A stretch of DNA of 64,000 bases from a bacterium (GCA_963662285.2 CAXXMV010000008.1:736001-800000), one strand, 5' to 3'. Shown: positions 1 through 10,852, numbered from the stretch's first letter. The notes: generated from the letters alone by a model not told the origin. Translations and numbers: made by a program.

Positions 1-67
1 GAGTTAAAAAGAGAATGAGAACTGCAATTCCAACAAATATCAACATTCGCATCCATCGGGCATACAT
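1..67 (-). CDS. 5' end of a probably secreted/membrane protein (runs off the window)
   Basis: ATG at 67 preceded by GAGGAGGA RBS; translates MYARWMRMLIFVGIAVLILFLT, signal-peptide-like. Confidence 0.6.
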   Translation of the reverse strand, partial: MYARWMRMLIFVGIAVLILFLT

Positions 68-245
68 GTTAATCCTCCTCCTTCTTCTTGTAATCGCCTA
101 AACAAAAAGTGATCTAACTAATCTTTTTTCTTCATCGATTTAGGAATTGAAATTTTTTAACAGTTATTTCGCAAACTCTACGCCATATATTCAAATAGTC
201 TATTTTCAAAAAATGGCTGAAAAACCATTGATGTGGTATTCGGAA

Positions 246-292
246 TGAGAATAATTGAGAATAATTGAGAATAATTGAGAATAATTGAGAAT
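246..292. repeat. 10-bp tandem repeat (TGAGAATAAT x ~4.7)
   Basis: Perfect tandem copies visible directly. Confidence 0.95.
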
Positions 293-403
293 GATTTATC
301 ATGATTTACCCTTCAACATGATTACCATTCAGGGAAGCAAACGTAGAAAACCGCCTTAGAAGAAGCAATTCCCAACTGGGTAATTCTAAGTGTAATAAAT
401 TTA

Positions 404-1794
404 GGTTCTATAAAGAAATCTGTGGGTGAATGATAGCAAAAATACTTCGAATAGTAGAGGTATAAAAAAGACATCCGGTCTCTTATCCTGAAAGAATGAA
501 ATCAGCGAAAAATCATCAACCAGGAGGAAACCGGATGGATGTCATTAGAATCCTCAATCGTGTTCATAAAATCAAGGGGTATGTATATGCTTCTAGCAAA
601 TTTGGTGAATGGAATGGTAAAACATCCATAGAGGTAAAAGTCCGTGCTCATGTCAAAAGCCGCCCGATATGTTCATGCTGCGGAGAAAAAGGATCAGGTT
701 ATGACAGATTAGATGCGCGCCGATTTGAGTTTATCCCGATATGGGGATTAACCGTATTCCTGATCTATGCCATGCGCCGCGTGAATTGTCACCGCTGTGG
801 AGTGAAAGTTGAAAAGGTACCTTGGGCCGATGGTAAACATGAATTAACGCATATCTATCAATGGTTCTTGGCGAGCTGGGCCAAGCGGATGAGTTGGAGC
901 CAAGTGGCGGAAGCATTTCAAACAAGTTGGTACAATGTTTTTCATTCGGTTGAACGGGCGGTAGAATGGGGCCGCCAGCATGTGAACCTGGAAGGAATCA
1001 CCGCCATTGGAATCGATGAAATGCAATGGGGCGGCGGCCATCAGTATGTGACAGTGGTATATCAAATCAATGAGAATTGCAAACGGCTGCTGTGGATCGG
1101 GGAAAAAAGAAAGATCAAAACACTGTTGAAATTCTTCAGATGGTTCGGGGAAGAGCGTTCAAAAAAATTGGAATTTGTGTGCAGTGATATGTGGAAAGCT
1201 TATCTCAAAGTCATTCGCAAAAAAGCCAAAAGCGCGCTGAATGTATTGGATCGGTTTCACATCATGGCTCATATGAACAAAGCCATAGATCAAGTCCGCG
1301 CTGGAGAATCCCGTGAATTGAAGGCCAAGGGATTAGAACCGGTATTAAAAGGAAGTCGCTGGTGGTTTCTGAAACGCCCGGATAATTTGACAGTCAAGCA
1401 GGTCGATAAATTAGCCAACGTGGTTCGATATAATCTGCGCACGGTGAGAAGTTATCTTCTCAAAGAGGAATTTCAATTTTTCTGGGAATATAAATCAGCA
1501 TGGTGGGCTGGACGCTTCATGGATCAGTGGTGTACTAAAACCATGCGCTCGCGAATCGAACCAATGAAGAAAGTGGCCAAGATGCTGCGCAACCATCGCG
1601 AACTGATTTTGAACTGGTTTCGGGCGAAAAAGGAGTTTTCTTCTGGAGTGGTGGAAGGCTTAAACAACAAGGCCAAAGTGACTACCAAAATGGCGTACGG
1701 TTTTCGAACCTACAAAGCGCTGGAAATCGCCTTATATCATACACTTGGCGATTTACCAGAACCAAATTTCACCCACAGATTTTTTTGAAGAGGC
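404..1794 (+). mobile_element. Complete ISL3-family insertion sequence
   Basis: 27-bp imperfect terminal IRs (404-430 GGTTCTATAAAGAAATCTGTGGGTGAA; 1768-1794 reverse complement GCCTCTTCAAAAAAATCTGTGGGTGAA); 8-bp target duplication TAAATTTA at 396-403 and 1795-1802. Confidence 0.92.
496..1788 (+). CDS. ISL3-family transposase (true start may be 535)
   Basis: Zn-finger CSCC...CHRC, IGIDE, CSDMWKAY, LDRFHI and EGLNNKAK...AYGFR motifs. Confidence 0.95.
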   Translation: MKSAKNHQPGGNRMDVIRILNRVHKIKGYVYASSKFGEWNGKTSIEVKVRAHVKSRPICSCCGEKGSGYDRLDARRFEFIPIWGLTVFLIYAMRRVNCHRCGVKVEKVPWADGKHELTHIYQWFLASWAKRMSWSQVAEAFQTSWYNVFHSVERAVEWGRQHVNLEGITAIGIDEMQWGGGHQYVTVVYQINENCKRLLWIGEKRKIKTLLKFFRWFGEERSKKLEFVCSDMWKAYLKVIRKKAKSALNVLDRFHIMAHMNKAIDQVRAGESRELKAKGLEPVLKGSRWWFLKRPDNLTVKQVDKLANVVRYNLRTVRSYLLKEEFQFFWEYKSAWWAGRFMDQWCTKTMRSRIEPMKKVAKMLRNHRELILNWFRAKKEFSSGVVEGLNNKAKVTTKMAYGFRTYKALEIALYHTLGDLPEPNFTHRFF

Positions 1795-1845
1795 TAAATT
1801 TATAAACACAAAAAGAGAATAATGTCAACTGCACATTGGGAAAAA

Positions 1846-2233
1846 GTAACGATTTAGTTGTTTGAAACCCGGGGAGGTGGAAGAGGGGGCATTTGACCGG
1901 TCTTGATGGCGGTTTTCAGCGCGTCCACCACGACGTCCAATGGATTGTAGCCACGGCGTTTGAGTGTGCGAAAAACCGTCATCAGAACGGACTGCGTTTT
2001 CGTTTTCGCTCCCGCTTCGCTTTGGTTTCCCTATATCATCTTGCGCATAATGACCGCCGGGCGAATTTCCCGTTCGCCGTGATTGTTGTCATCCCCAGCC
2101 CATCGTGCCAATGGCCTGACAGAGCCAACACCCGGTTTCCCAGGATTGCGTTGGACAAAGCGTCTTCGACTTTCAGTTCCACCAGTTTTTGGCAATGCGG
2201 GCAATAATAGCGTGGAATTTCGTGTTCGGTGAC
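1846..2233 (-). pseudogene. Internally deleted IS66-family transposase (TnpC) remnant with IS end
   Basis: Minus strand gives VTEHEIPRYYCPHCQKLVE...LGNRVLAL joined out of frame to DNNHGEREIRPAVIMRK*...QSVLMTVFRTLKRRG; GTAA terminus at 1846. Confidence 0.75.
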
Positions 2234-2338
2234 AGCATACTACGCTCTATTACTCTGTTTTTCGATTTGCGATGCATGCGTATTGCTTGCGCAGGATTTT
2301 TTAGGCTGGAGATATTTATTCATAACACAAGTAAAATC

Positions 2339-2387
2339 AACACGCGCCGGAAGGGACTCGAACCCCCAACCGCCTGATCCGAAGTCA
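2339..2387 (-). repeat. att site: 49-bp duplicate of the tRNA-Arg 3' half (distal island boundary)
   Basis: Identical to 37255-37303. Confidence 0.95.
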
Positions 2388-2430
2388 TAACAGGGTTCCA
2401 ATGCAACCAGTTGCAACCTGCTGAACCGAA

Positions 2431-2452
2431 TCTATGGAAAAAAGTATGGAAA
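2431..2452. promoter_or_regulatory. Putative integrase arm-type sites (TATGGAAA x2)
   Basis: TATGGAAA at 2433 and 2445; same pair at 37182 and 37193 just inside the other att. Confidence 0.55.
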
Positions 2453-2576
2453 AATAACATCAACGAATATAATCTGTGTGTGGCTGTCAACCGTGTATCG
2501 AACCAGCAAATTTGAATAGCTGAGTTTCCTTCTTTCGTTCACTTATTATTGATTCAAATACGTTTATCAGGGATAA

Positions 2577-3647
2577 CTATTTTAGCATTGTTGGATGAAT
2601 CATAGTATTAGCGTATTGTTTCCCATGTTTTATAAGGAATGGAACAGCTTCCAGATTATCCAATGCCAGTCCATAGCGCGAGTAATGCAGCAATTCCTTC
2701 ATCTCGGTTTCTTGAAATATTTTGTTGAATCGGTAATAAGAAAATTGTTTTGTGGATCGTTCTTCCGGCTTAATTAAATCACCGATTTCTGAGTCGATGC
2801 ACTCACCAAACCGACAATCCCCAATCACCCTGCATATGACATCTTGTTCAACCTTAATCGAATCTAGGATCGCTAAGGGAATTGCCTTGGCATGATCGAG
2901 TACATTCATACGATCCACTGGTTTCCTTCCGTACGGTTCTCGAGTTCGGCCACAACCAACTGAATAAAGAACCAGTTGGTCCACCCCTTTGGCAAATTCG
3001 ATACCATACTCTGGCAGTGTGGCCATGAGATAGGCAATAAAAGATGGATTCAAATAAGGACTGATACCTCCATCTATAAATGCAAACGAACTAGAACCAA
3101 GATCGACTCGTTGAGCGGGAAAATATGTTGGAGCCGCAGAACTGGCGCGCAATAGCTGCCAGAGTGGGATTTTCAGATTGCAATCGGGAAGATCCAGATG
3201 ATTGAATTTTGCGCTAGGACAGTTACTGATAGGCCAGGGAGAACCCGTAGATGCATTTCGAGTGACGACGATAAGCAGCGTACGCAATCGTGAACTCCCC
3301 AGCATAGCGAATTGTCCGTTTTCTTCCCGGAAAATGTTTTGGAGTTCTCGGCTGAGTTCATCCGTGCGAAATTTATATTTCCACCGGTTTTTCCAGGAAG
3401 ACCGAAAAATATTCGTCAAATGCGTTTGGCAAAAATCATGGATGTTTTCTACGGTATATCCCCAAGATAATAACGTTCCGATAATCGCCCCGACACTCGT
3501 CCCAGCAATCAGATCGAAATAATCACCCAATTTCATATTTGGGCGTTCGGGAAAACGTTCCTGGAGTAACGTTTCCATTCTCTTCAATATTTGAAGAGAA
3601 AACAAACCACGTACTCCACCTCCATCTAAACTTAGTATGCGTTTCAT
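2577..3647 (-). CDS. Patatin-like phospholipase
   Basis: LSLDGGGVRG oxyanion loop, GTSVG nucleophile, ASSAAPTYF, DGG catalytic Asp. Confidence 0.93.
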   Translation of the reverse strand: MKRILSLDGGGVRGLFSLQILKRMETLLQERFPERPNMKLGDYFDLIAGTSVGAIIGTLLSWGYTVENIHDFCQTHLTNIFRSSWKNRWKYKFRTDELSRELQNIFREENGQFAMLGSSRLRTLLIVVTRNASTGSPWPISNCPSAKFNHLDLPDCNLKIPLWQLLRASSAAPTYFPAQRVDLGSSSFAFIDGGISPYLNPSFIAYLMATLPEYGIEFAKGVDQLVLYSVGCGRTREPYGRKPVDRMNVLDHAKAIPLAILDSIKVEQDVICRVIGDCRFGECIDSEIGDLIKPEERSTKQFSYYRFNKIFQETEMKELLHYSRYGLALDNLEAVPFLIKHGKQYANTMIHPTMLK

Positions 3648-3684
3648 CTTGGTAAAATCCTGAATATGTGCATATTTCTCTTTA

Positions 3685-5793
3685 TCACTCTTCCATAGGA
3701 TTAGTGTAATGACGAATTAATTCTCCCCAGATTGGATGATTTTGATGTAGCATTAATTTTTCTGTTATCTCAAAACATTGTTTGGAAGAGATTTTCTTCA
3801 CATGTAGATTTTCATCTATTTCATATCCACTTAAGTGCTTCGCAAGGAGTCTTAACGGTTTAACATCCATTTTTTGGCTAGAATAATCAAAATTTAAAAA
3901 GTGCCAGAAACGAGCGACACCACCTGAAAGGGTCATTAGCCAGCGACCATCCGGACTGAATTCCGCTGATTGAACAAAATCTTCATGCTGTATGGGGACA
4001 CTCACTGGTTTGCTTGTTGCCACTTCCCAAATTCGCGCGGTTTTATCTTTTGATGCAGTCACTACCCAACGCCCATCTGGACTGAATTTCGCAGACCAGA
4101 CTTCATCTTCATGCTTCAAGGGCTGATTTAAAGAAATCCCTGTTTTTGCATCCCAAACCTGTGCGGTTTTATCCAAGGAAGCGGTAACAATCCAGCGGCC
4201 ATCCGGACTAAATTCAGCTGAATTTACTGTACCATCATGCCTCATTAGATCACTCACTGGTTTTCCTGTAGCTGCATCCCAAACCTGAGCGGTTTTATCA
4301 AAGGAAGAGGTAACTACCCAGCGGCCATCCGGACTGAATTTCGCTGAAGTAATATCATAATACTGATGATTCATAAAACTACTTACAATATTGCCTTTAG
4401 CCACATCCCAGACTATTTCTCTTATATCATAAATGGTGGTTAGTATCCAACAGCTATCTGGACTAAACTCTGCTGATGTTACATCAAAACCAATCGGTTT
4501 GTGCTTTTTTACTGATTCATCAATGGCTATCTCCCATAATAACGCTAGACCCTTTCCATTTGACAGAGGCGTCATATCCTCTGAAATAGTCAACAAAAAG
4601 TGTCCATCCGGACTGAATGCCGCTGAATTTACTTTACCATAATGCCTCATCGGCTCAATCACGAGTTTACCTGTGGCGGCCTCCCATATCCGTGTTGTTT
4701 TATCATCTGATGCGGTCACTACCCATCGCCCATCCGGACTGAATGCCGCTGAATTTATTTTATCATCATGCTTCATCTGCTCACCAACTGGTTTAGCAGT
4801 GGCGGCTTCGTAAACACACACCGTATTAACACCAGAAGTACTCACTACCCAACGGCTATCTGGGCTAAATTTCGCGGAAGTTACAGGCTTTTCATGTTTT
4901 ACTTTAGAAACCAATCTTACCCATGGACACTGATTCAGAAGAGTAAACATGCGGACTCGGGCTGTTATAAATTCCGCATCTAAGTTTAAGGCATAATCTA
5001 AATAGGCCAGCGCGGTATCGGGACGATCTTGTTCAATCTTCTCACAAGCTATATAGAAGAATGTTTTAGCGGCATTTTTTCTTATCGTCTGTTCCGCTCT
5101 TTGCCCTTTTCCCCATTGGACATAACTATAAGCGGCTAGTCCCGAGATGATAGTGAAAAACAGAACAGAAATAAAACTGGCCAGAATGGCTTGTCTTCGT
5201 CTGCGCTGTTTGTCCCGCTGTATGAATAAGTCAAAACCAATGCCTGTTATTCCCGCAACAATTTTAATAAAAGCATTTCGTCTTCCATCTTTTCCCTCTC
5301 GCACATCGGCGGCGATCGGTTCGGTTCGAATCACACTCATACTGCCGTCGTCATTTAACCGATACCGCAACGCTTCAGGAAAGCATTCTACCATGTCACC
5401 CGGTAGTTTATCGAATGCATTGGGTTCGCCAGCAACAATCAAACACAGTACACGGTTCTCTCATCCCAACGATTTAAAATACTGAATCTCTTCATTAACC
5501 CAAATTGATTTTGCCGAATGTGAAGAGCAGATCACAATCAAAAAACGGGATTGTTGCAATGCATCATGAATACATTCACCGAGGTCGGAGGATGTAGGTA
5601 ACTCCTCCCGATCCCGAAAAACAGGTAAAAGCCGCTTCGGGATCGTTGCACCTCGAAGTTCCTGCCCAACAAACTGATTGGGGATTCGGTACGTTTCCAA
5701 GAATCGATGAAGTTTCTTGCCCCAATTCGCATCCATATGGCTATAACTAATGAAAGCCCAGTATTTATAGTTGTTTGTTTGTGTATCGTTCAC
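3685..5793 (-). pseudogene. TIR + transmembrane + TPR + WD40 protein interrupted by one in-frame TGA (5461-5463)
   Basis: 5461..5793 has YWAFISYSH, FRDREEL, LIVICS, WVNEEI (TIR); reading through gives SLG*ENRVLCLIVAGEP in frame with 3685..5442, which has a TM helix and 8 FSPD-type WD40 repeats. Confidence 0.8.
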
Positions 5794-6228
5794 AATCGAA
5801 ACAAAACACTCCCTTTCAATAGAAAATAATGAAAGCCAAATACGTAAAAAACGGACACTCTTGAACTCAAGTTAGTTTTTAATCAAAACCAAAAAACGGA
5901 AATGGAGCTCAGCATGGTTTATTCTGCCTGTCTTTTTTCTCAAATTCTATCCCTTATTACCCACTTGTTATTCTAATACATCGTTCATTAGTTTCATGGG
6001 AACCATTAGGTCAAGAATTTCTCCTTCTTGGATCAACACGTCTTCATGCTCTTCTGCCAACTCGGTCAGATGCAGCCTCTCCAGAAAGCCTGTCATATTT
6101 CTTCATCACTTTTTCAAGGAAGATCCGTTTGGAACGCTTCCAGCCCACTATAAGGCACCTCTTACCATGTCCCCCGCAACAATCCAAGATCAGCCACAAA
6201 CTTATCGCGACAATGTTTTAATGAGTTT

Positions 6229-6625
6229 TCAGCCTTTCGCTAAAACTAATCGATTCCCCATAGGGATGAAAAGCCCGGATTCTTCCCTAACTTTTAGCAT
6301 CAGATAAAATTCCCGCTCGGTACCGGAACAGAATTCAGAATGATACTTATCCTCTTTTTTGATCAAAGGCCCCACCGCTGATCCCTGCCGAAACCACAGA
6401 ATGAACACGGCGATATCGATTTGATAGTTCTCATTTGTTAGTTCTAGGCCGTTCATCTGCTGAAAAGAAATAATCCCAGACAAAGGCAAGTCCTCCCTAA
6501 GCACGGGCGCCAGTTACAGTTTCCCTGCATATCGCTTTTGCAGCAGTTCAATCACGCTCCGCGTTTTCTCCCGCTCTTTTCGGACATCACCTAGCTAGGA
6601 AATTAATAAGCGGATTGTCTTCCTA
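6229..6625 (-). pseudogene. Degraded DUF4062/TIR-like domain gene
   Basis: GDVRKERE...VIELLQKRYAGKL*LAPVLREDLP...IDIAVFILW...SGTEREF with a stop and an upstream frameshift. Confidence 0.6.
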
Positions 6626-6689
6626 ATTCCTCCTTGGAATTATAGAAAATCATGATTATCTCAAGACTCTAATCCATTGAAAAATATTG

Positions 6690-8108
6690 TTATTCTATTG
6701 CTTGCAAAACCGCTAATGGGATAACAACACAAAGCCTACTGTCTGCAAATGGATATTCCAAGAATCGTAAAAATAACTCGTTTTCGACAATACTTTGATA
6801 ATATGCCACCGCAGCGACATAATCTCCATCTAACTCACTCATCAATCCTTTTACAGTATACCAAACGCACATTTTGTTTGGAGAAGAGTTACTTTTCTCG
6901 TTCACGGCGCATGGTTCTTGATGGTTGCATACCGCATCAAGAATCCATTGCCATTCCTGAGGGAATACTTCTTTTTGTAATTGTACAATATATTTATGAT
7001 ATTTATCATTCCTTCCCAGTATTCTATAGATCAGAGATAGGTAGACTTTGGCGCATACGACATTTTCACTATTCCATGCATTAGATTGACAAATTTTTTC
7101 AAGTTCTATTTCCGCTTCATTCCAATATTCCATTATCATGAGTTGAATTGCTTTCATTATGAGACAATCGATATCTTGAGGCGTAATTTTTCTCATTCGA
7201 TCACATAAAAAAATACATCTCTCATAATCGCCCTGAAAGACAAATGCGTCAACCAGTTCTTTCTCAATTCGCGCATACTCGCTCCAACGATATGATTGAT
7301 TCGCTTCCTGCAAAATTTTTTGGAAATGAATGTCATTGTTGATTGTCCAATTCATCAAAAGCAAAGGTATGGAACCGGTGATCGTAGGATTTTCATTACT
7401 CACCGCTTCTCTCATCATCTCTATTCCTCTTTCTTTTTCATTTTGTTGAAAAAGTGAAAAACCTGCGCATGCCTTAAGCAAGCAATACTCGTAATGAGTA
7501 GTAGAGGAATGCAAATACTGATTTATTTGATGCGGGTTACTTATAATTGGAATGATTCTTTCAACATACAACCTGCTTTCTTCAGATTCTGGAAAAATGA
7601 ATAGAGAATGGATACGGTTCTCTGATAAATCATTGTTAGTGGACTTCAGCAATAGCATACCTTTGAGGAAACAAAAATAAGGATCATTAAAAACAAGATA
7701 TTGATCGATAAGTTGTAATGCTTGGTTTACCGCATCTGTCGCCGCCAACGATAAGATTCGCAATTTTAATAAATCATATGTGTATTGATAAAAGCCAAGT
7801 TCCTCGATGGATTCAATATACGATAATGAATCCTGATTGGGAATATTTTCTGTGGCCGTTAATACCAAATCGAATCGCCCGTAACGAAAGCAGACATGAC
7901 AATACTTAAAGCGAATAATTTCATCTTCAGGAATCGCGAGAATCAATTTTTCTCCCAGTTCCATAACACCTTGATAATCCGTTTCCGCAAAACGATCATG
8001 AAAGGAAGTGATCATTTCAGAAGTGATAGCGGTTTTTTCTCGATTGGCATGGGTAACCATTGCCAGCATAATCAAAATTGTAATATAGAAAAATCGTTTT
8101 AGAATCAT
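6690..8108 (-). CDS. Exported TPR protein (NlpI-like C-terminus)
   Basis: Signal-peptide-like N-terminus, helical repeats, C-terminal GDYVAAVAYYQ...FLEYPFA. Confidence 0.6.
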   Translation of the reverse strand: MILKRFFYITILIMLAMVTHANREKTAITSEMITSFHDRFAETDYQGVMELGEKLILAIPEDEIIRFKYCHVCFRYGRFDLVLTATENIPNQDSLSYIESIEELGFYQYTYDLLKLRILSLAATDAVNQALQLIDQYLVFNDPYFCFLKGMLLLKSTNNDLSENRIHSLFIFPESEESRLYVERIIPIISNPHQINQYLHSSTTHYEYCLLKACAGFSLFQQNEKERGIEMMREAVSNENPTITGSIPLLLMNWTINNDIHFQKILQEANQSYRWSEYARIEKELVDAFVFQGDYERCIFLCDRMRKITPQDIDCLIMKAIQLMIMEYWNEAEIELEKICQSNAWNSENVVCAKVYLSLIYRILGRNDKYHKYIVQLQKEVFPQEWQWILDAVCNHQEPCAVNEKSNSSPNKMCVWYTVKGLMSELDGDYVAAVAYYQSIVENELFLRFLEYPFADSRLCVVIPLAVLQAIE

Positions 8109-9148
8109 TGTTTTATTTGGTATATCATTGGGATTTGATTTCTAATGTTCTGTTTATCCAATTCATGAATAGCACCTTGTTCAGCGTAATTTGGGGTGCT
8201 TGTTAAATCTAGTAACAACACATCTTGACCACGATGATGTAGGATCGTATCTCGCGGCATACGTTTATGCCACCCAACCAGCCCGTTAAACGCATGGCCC
8301 GGGATAATCAATATCATACTTTCAATTCCCTCAATACGAGATAACATAGTTGAAAAAAGAACGGCCTTAGTATCACAATCTCCCTTTCCACGAACCAATG
8401 TTTCCAAAGGGGGCCATAATCCATGAATCCAGCGCTGTCCATCATACATGGGAGGAATTTCATACTCCATCTGCTGAACGAAAGACATTAATGTTTGAAT
8501 ACATTCACTGGTTTTCATCGTTTCGGTAGACACTTGATCAATCCATTGCCTCATACAATCTTTCAAAAAAATTGAATGGATTGCGACAAAACCTGTATAA
8601 TCAATTTCAACTCGCTTGCCTTTTCTTACATAAAATCCTCTCGAAATATAAAACTCTTTTTCTAATTGACGACAACCTTCTAGAAATTTAAGTCGAATTG
8701 CGTCGTCGATATCATCCTGTTTACTTAAGTGAATCGGTCCTTTCTTTTGGATAATATGATCCACAATATTTCTCCATTCCGGTTGTTGTTTTAGCATTTC
8801 TGGCCAGTGTTGCTTGTAAAAATCACTACGACTTTCTGAATGGATACCTAAACGAATGGAAGATGAATACAGTGTATCGGCTTGGATTTGAAAGGAAATC
8901 TGTTTGCTTTTTCTGTTATAATCCAACCACAGATAGGTCACTGTAATTCCTGTCTCATCTACATTACGCTGAAATGTTCCAACAGCATTTGTCCATGCTT
9001 CATCTCCGAAATCCAGCTGAAACGAAAGATGCCGAGTAGGAAATCGGGGAAATTTTCCCCGGATGATTAAATGATATGCCATGCCGTAAGAGATAACCAA
9101 AACTACGATTAGTAGGCAGTTTATACGTATTTTATCGTAAGCGAACAT
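8105..9148 (-). CDS. Membrane-anchored transglutaminase-like cysteine protease-fold protein
   Basis: N-terminal TM; GKGDCDTKAVLF (Cys), IPGHAF (His), LLDLT (Asp). Confidence 0.7.
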   Translation of the reverse strand: MFAYDKIRINCLLIVVLVISYGMAYHLIIRGKFPRFPTRHLSFQLDFGDEAWTNAVGTFQRNVDETGITVTYLWLDYNRKSKQISFQIQADTLYSSSIRLGIHSESRSDFYKQHWPEMLKQQPEWRNIVDHIIQKKGPIHLSKQDDIDDAIRLKFLEGCRQLEKEFYISRGFYVRKGKRVEIDYTGFVAIHSIFLKDCMRQWIDQVSTETMKTSECIQTLMSFVQQMEYEIPPMYDGQRWIHGLWPPLETLVRGKGDCDTKAVLFSTMLSRIEGIESMILIIPGHAFNGLVGWHKRMPRDTILHHRGQDVLLLDLTSTPNYAEQGAIHELDKQNIRNQIPMIYQIKQ

Positions 9149-9656
9149 CGTGAAAACCTGCAGGAGGAATCAAAGTATTTAATGCATCCGCCAATCCTGG
9201 ACGCACCATGATAGCAACAGTAATGACCACCGCTGCCAATAACAAAGCAATTGTCATATTGTTTTTTTTCAATTGTTCTTTTTCATTCAATTGTAGTGTA
9301 AGCATTTGAAACAACCAAAAGGACGCCTGAACAGTAAGGAATGAAAGAATATATGCAATAATGAAATAAATAAGAATATATCCTCCGGTTTTCACTGTAT
9401 TCACAAAATTAAAAAATTCATAAAGAAAAAGATTTTGTAGAATAGCTGACATTGGATACATGCACTTAGCCATTAATAGTCCAAAAGCAATCAGATTGGC
9501 TGCGTGGACAGTTGCCATGGCTGTGTTTCCCTTTTCCATATCATCTAATTGCAAACTGGTATTGATTCGAATGATGAATCGTAATGTACAAAAAACCACA
9601 AATAAGGAAAACAAGACGGAAAAAATAAAACAAACAATTCCCATGAATATAATCAT
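9132..9656 (-). CDS. DUF350-family membrane protein
   Basis: 4 TM helices with duplicated motif KGNTAMA / KNNMTIAL. Confidence 0.75.
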   Translation of the reverse strand: MIIFMGIVCFIFSVLFSLFVVFCTLRFIIRINTSLQLDDMEKGNTAMATVHAANLIAFGLLMAKCMYPMSAILQNLFLYEFFNFVNTVKTGGYILIYFIIAYILSFLTVQASFWLFQMLTLQLNEKEQLKKNNMTIALLLAAVVITVAIMVRPGLADALNTLIPPAGFHDVRLR

Positions 9657-9755
9657 GTTATATCTCCTGTATGATGAATGAAAGAATATCTCATTTCAAT
9701 CCTCAATCCTTCTTTTCATTTTTATTCAAATCATATAAATATTGAATGTATATAA

Positions 9756-10763
9756 TTACTGAATACTTTTCACCCAGATATTCCGATATTTAACTGGCGC
9801 CTGATGATATTGCAACATCAACGGGCCTTGTAAAGATTCTTCCTCACTAATACAACCAGGCGTTGGATGTGGAATTTCAACCTGATCTAATATCAGTTCC
9901 CCATTATGCAGCACGGTAACATTGGCATTTTGTATTTTTTTTCCATCAGTGTTAAAACGTGGAGTCAGGAAAGTGATATCGAATGTTTGCCATTCACCAG
10001 GAGCCAAACATATATTTTTTAGCGGTGCAGCTACTCCATAAATACCTCCGCATGAACGATCGGTTAGTTCATCATCAAAAAAATTGTCTAAGACTTGGAT
10101 CTCGTATCGCCCCATTAGATATATACCACTGTTGGATTTTTGTTGACCGTGTGCGTTTTGCATCAAAGATAAACAAAATTCAAGATGGTATTTTGAGTCT
10201 CCAAGTTGTTTGCGCGTTTTGATTCCGCTTGATGTGGGACAAAGTGAACCATCCTTCTGTATTTTCCACAGTGGCTGTCGCTCCCAAAACTGTTCGATTG
10301 TACTTTCTTGTCCATTCATCAGGATTAATGCATTTTCCGGTGGAGGGGCATTCAACGTAGGTGATCGTACAAAATATCGTTTTAACTCGTAGCGGGTTCG
10401 AAAACGTGGATTAGTGATTAAACCGCGAAATACACCATTTGCAATTCTTCCTTCTAGAGTGAATGATTCACCAAATAGTGGAGAACTCTTAAATTCTTTT
10501 CGAATATAGGCAGAATTTTCATCAGCGGTTCCGGTTATTACCAGGCGATTTTCATTCCCTTTTTTATCTAAAATATAGAAAGCGACATCATAACAATTCT
10601 CATCACTTGCATTCACCTTTGCCCGAACAGAAGAATTGATTGTTTCGATATTTTCAATATTTCCTCGCCAGTCACCAATGATCGATTCCGAATTGTCTGC
10701 AAATAATAGTTTACTACACAATAATAGTAAAATAAATATACTATATAATCGGCGGAAATTCAT
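9756..10763 (-). CDS. Secreted DUF1080 (3-keto-disaccharide hydrolase fold) protein
   Basis: Signal peptide; HLEF, NSGIY...YEIQVLD, GEWQTFDI, GPLMLQYH...YRNIWV. Confidence 0.85.
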   Translation of the reverse strand: MNFRRLYSIFILLLLCSKLLFADNSESIIGDWRGNIENIETINSSVRAKVNASDENCYDVAFYILDKKGNENRLVITGTADENSAYIRKEFKSSPLFGESFTLEGRIANGVFRGLITNPRFRTRYELKRYFVRSPTLNAPPPENALILMNGQESTIEQFWERQPLWKIQKDGSLCPTSSGIKTRKQLGDSKYHLEFCLSLMQNAHGQQKSNSGIYLMGRYEIQVLDNFFDDELTDRSCGGIYGVAAPLKNICLAPGEWQTFDITFLTPRFNTDGKKIQNANVTVLHNGELILDQVEIPHPTPGCISEEESLQGPLMLQYHQAPVKYRNIWVKSIQ

Positions 10764-10852
10764 TTTTACTCCGTGTCGTAGAGCATAATTTCATAAGTCA
10801 AATAATGAAATCACGAATTATAATACAGAATATCTCGACTTTAATACTATGT

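Noticed and set aside
1893-2207. 104-aa plus-strand ORF
   Set aside because: It is the antisense reading of the IS66 remnant
2339-2387. Second tRNA-Arg gene
   Set aside because: Only the 3' half is present (no D-arm or 5' acceptor strand); it is the att duplicate
5461-5463. Programmed suppression of the TGA by the island's target tRNA-Arg(TCG), or selenocysteine recoding
   Set aside because: Anticodon TCG reads CGA, not TGA; the position does not look like a Cys site and I see no SECIS-like hairpin; a simple nonsense mutation is more parsimonious
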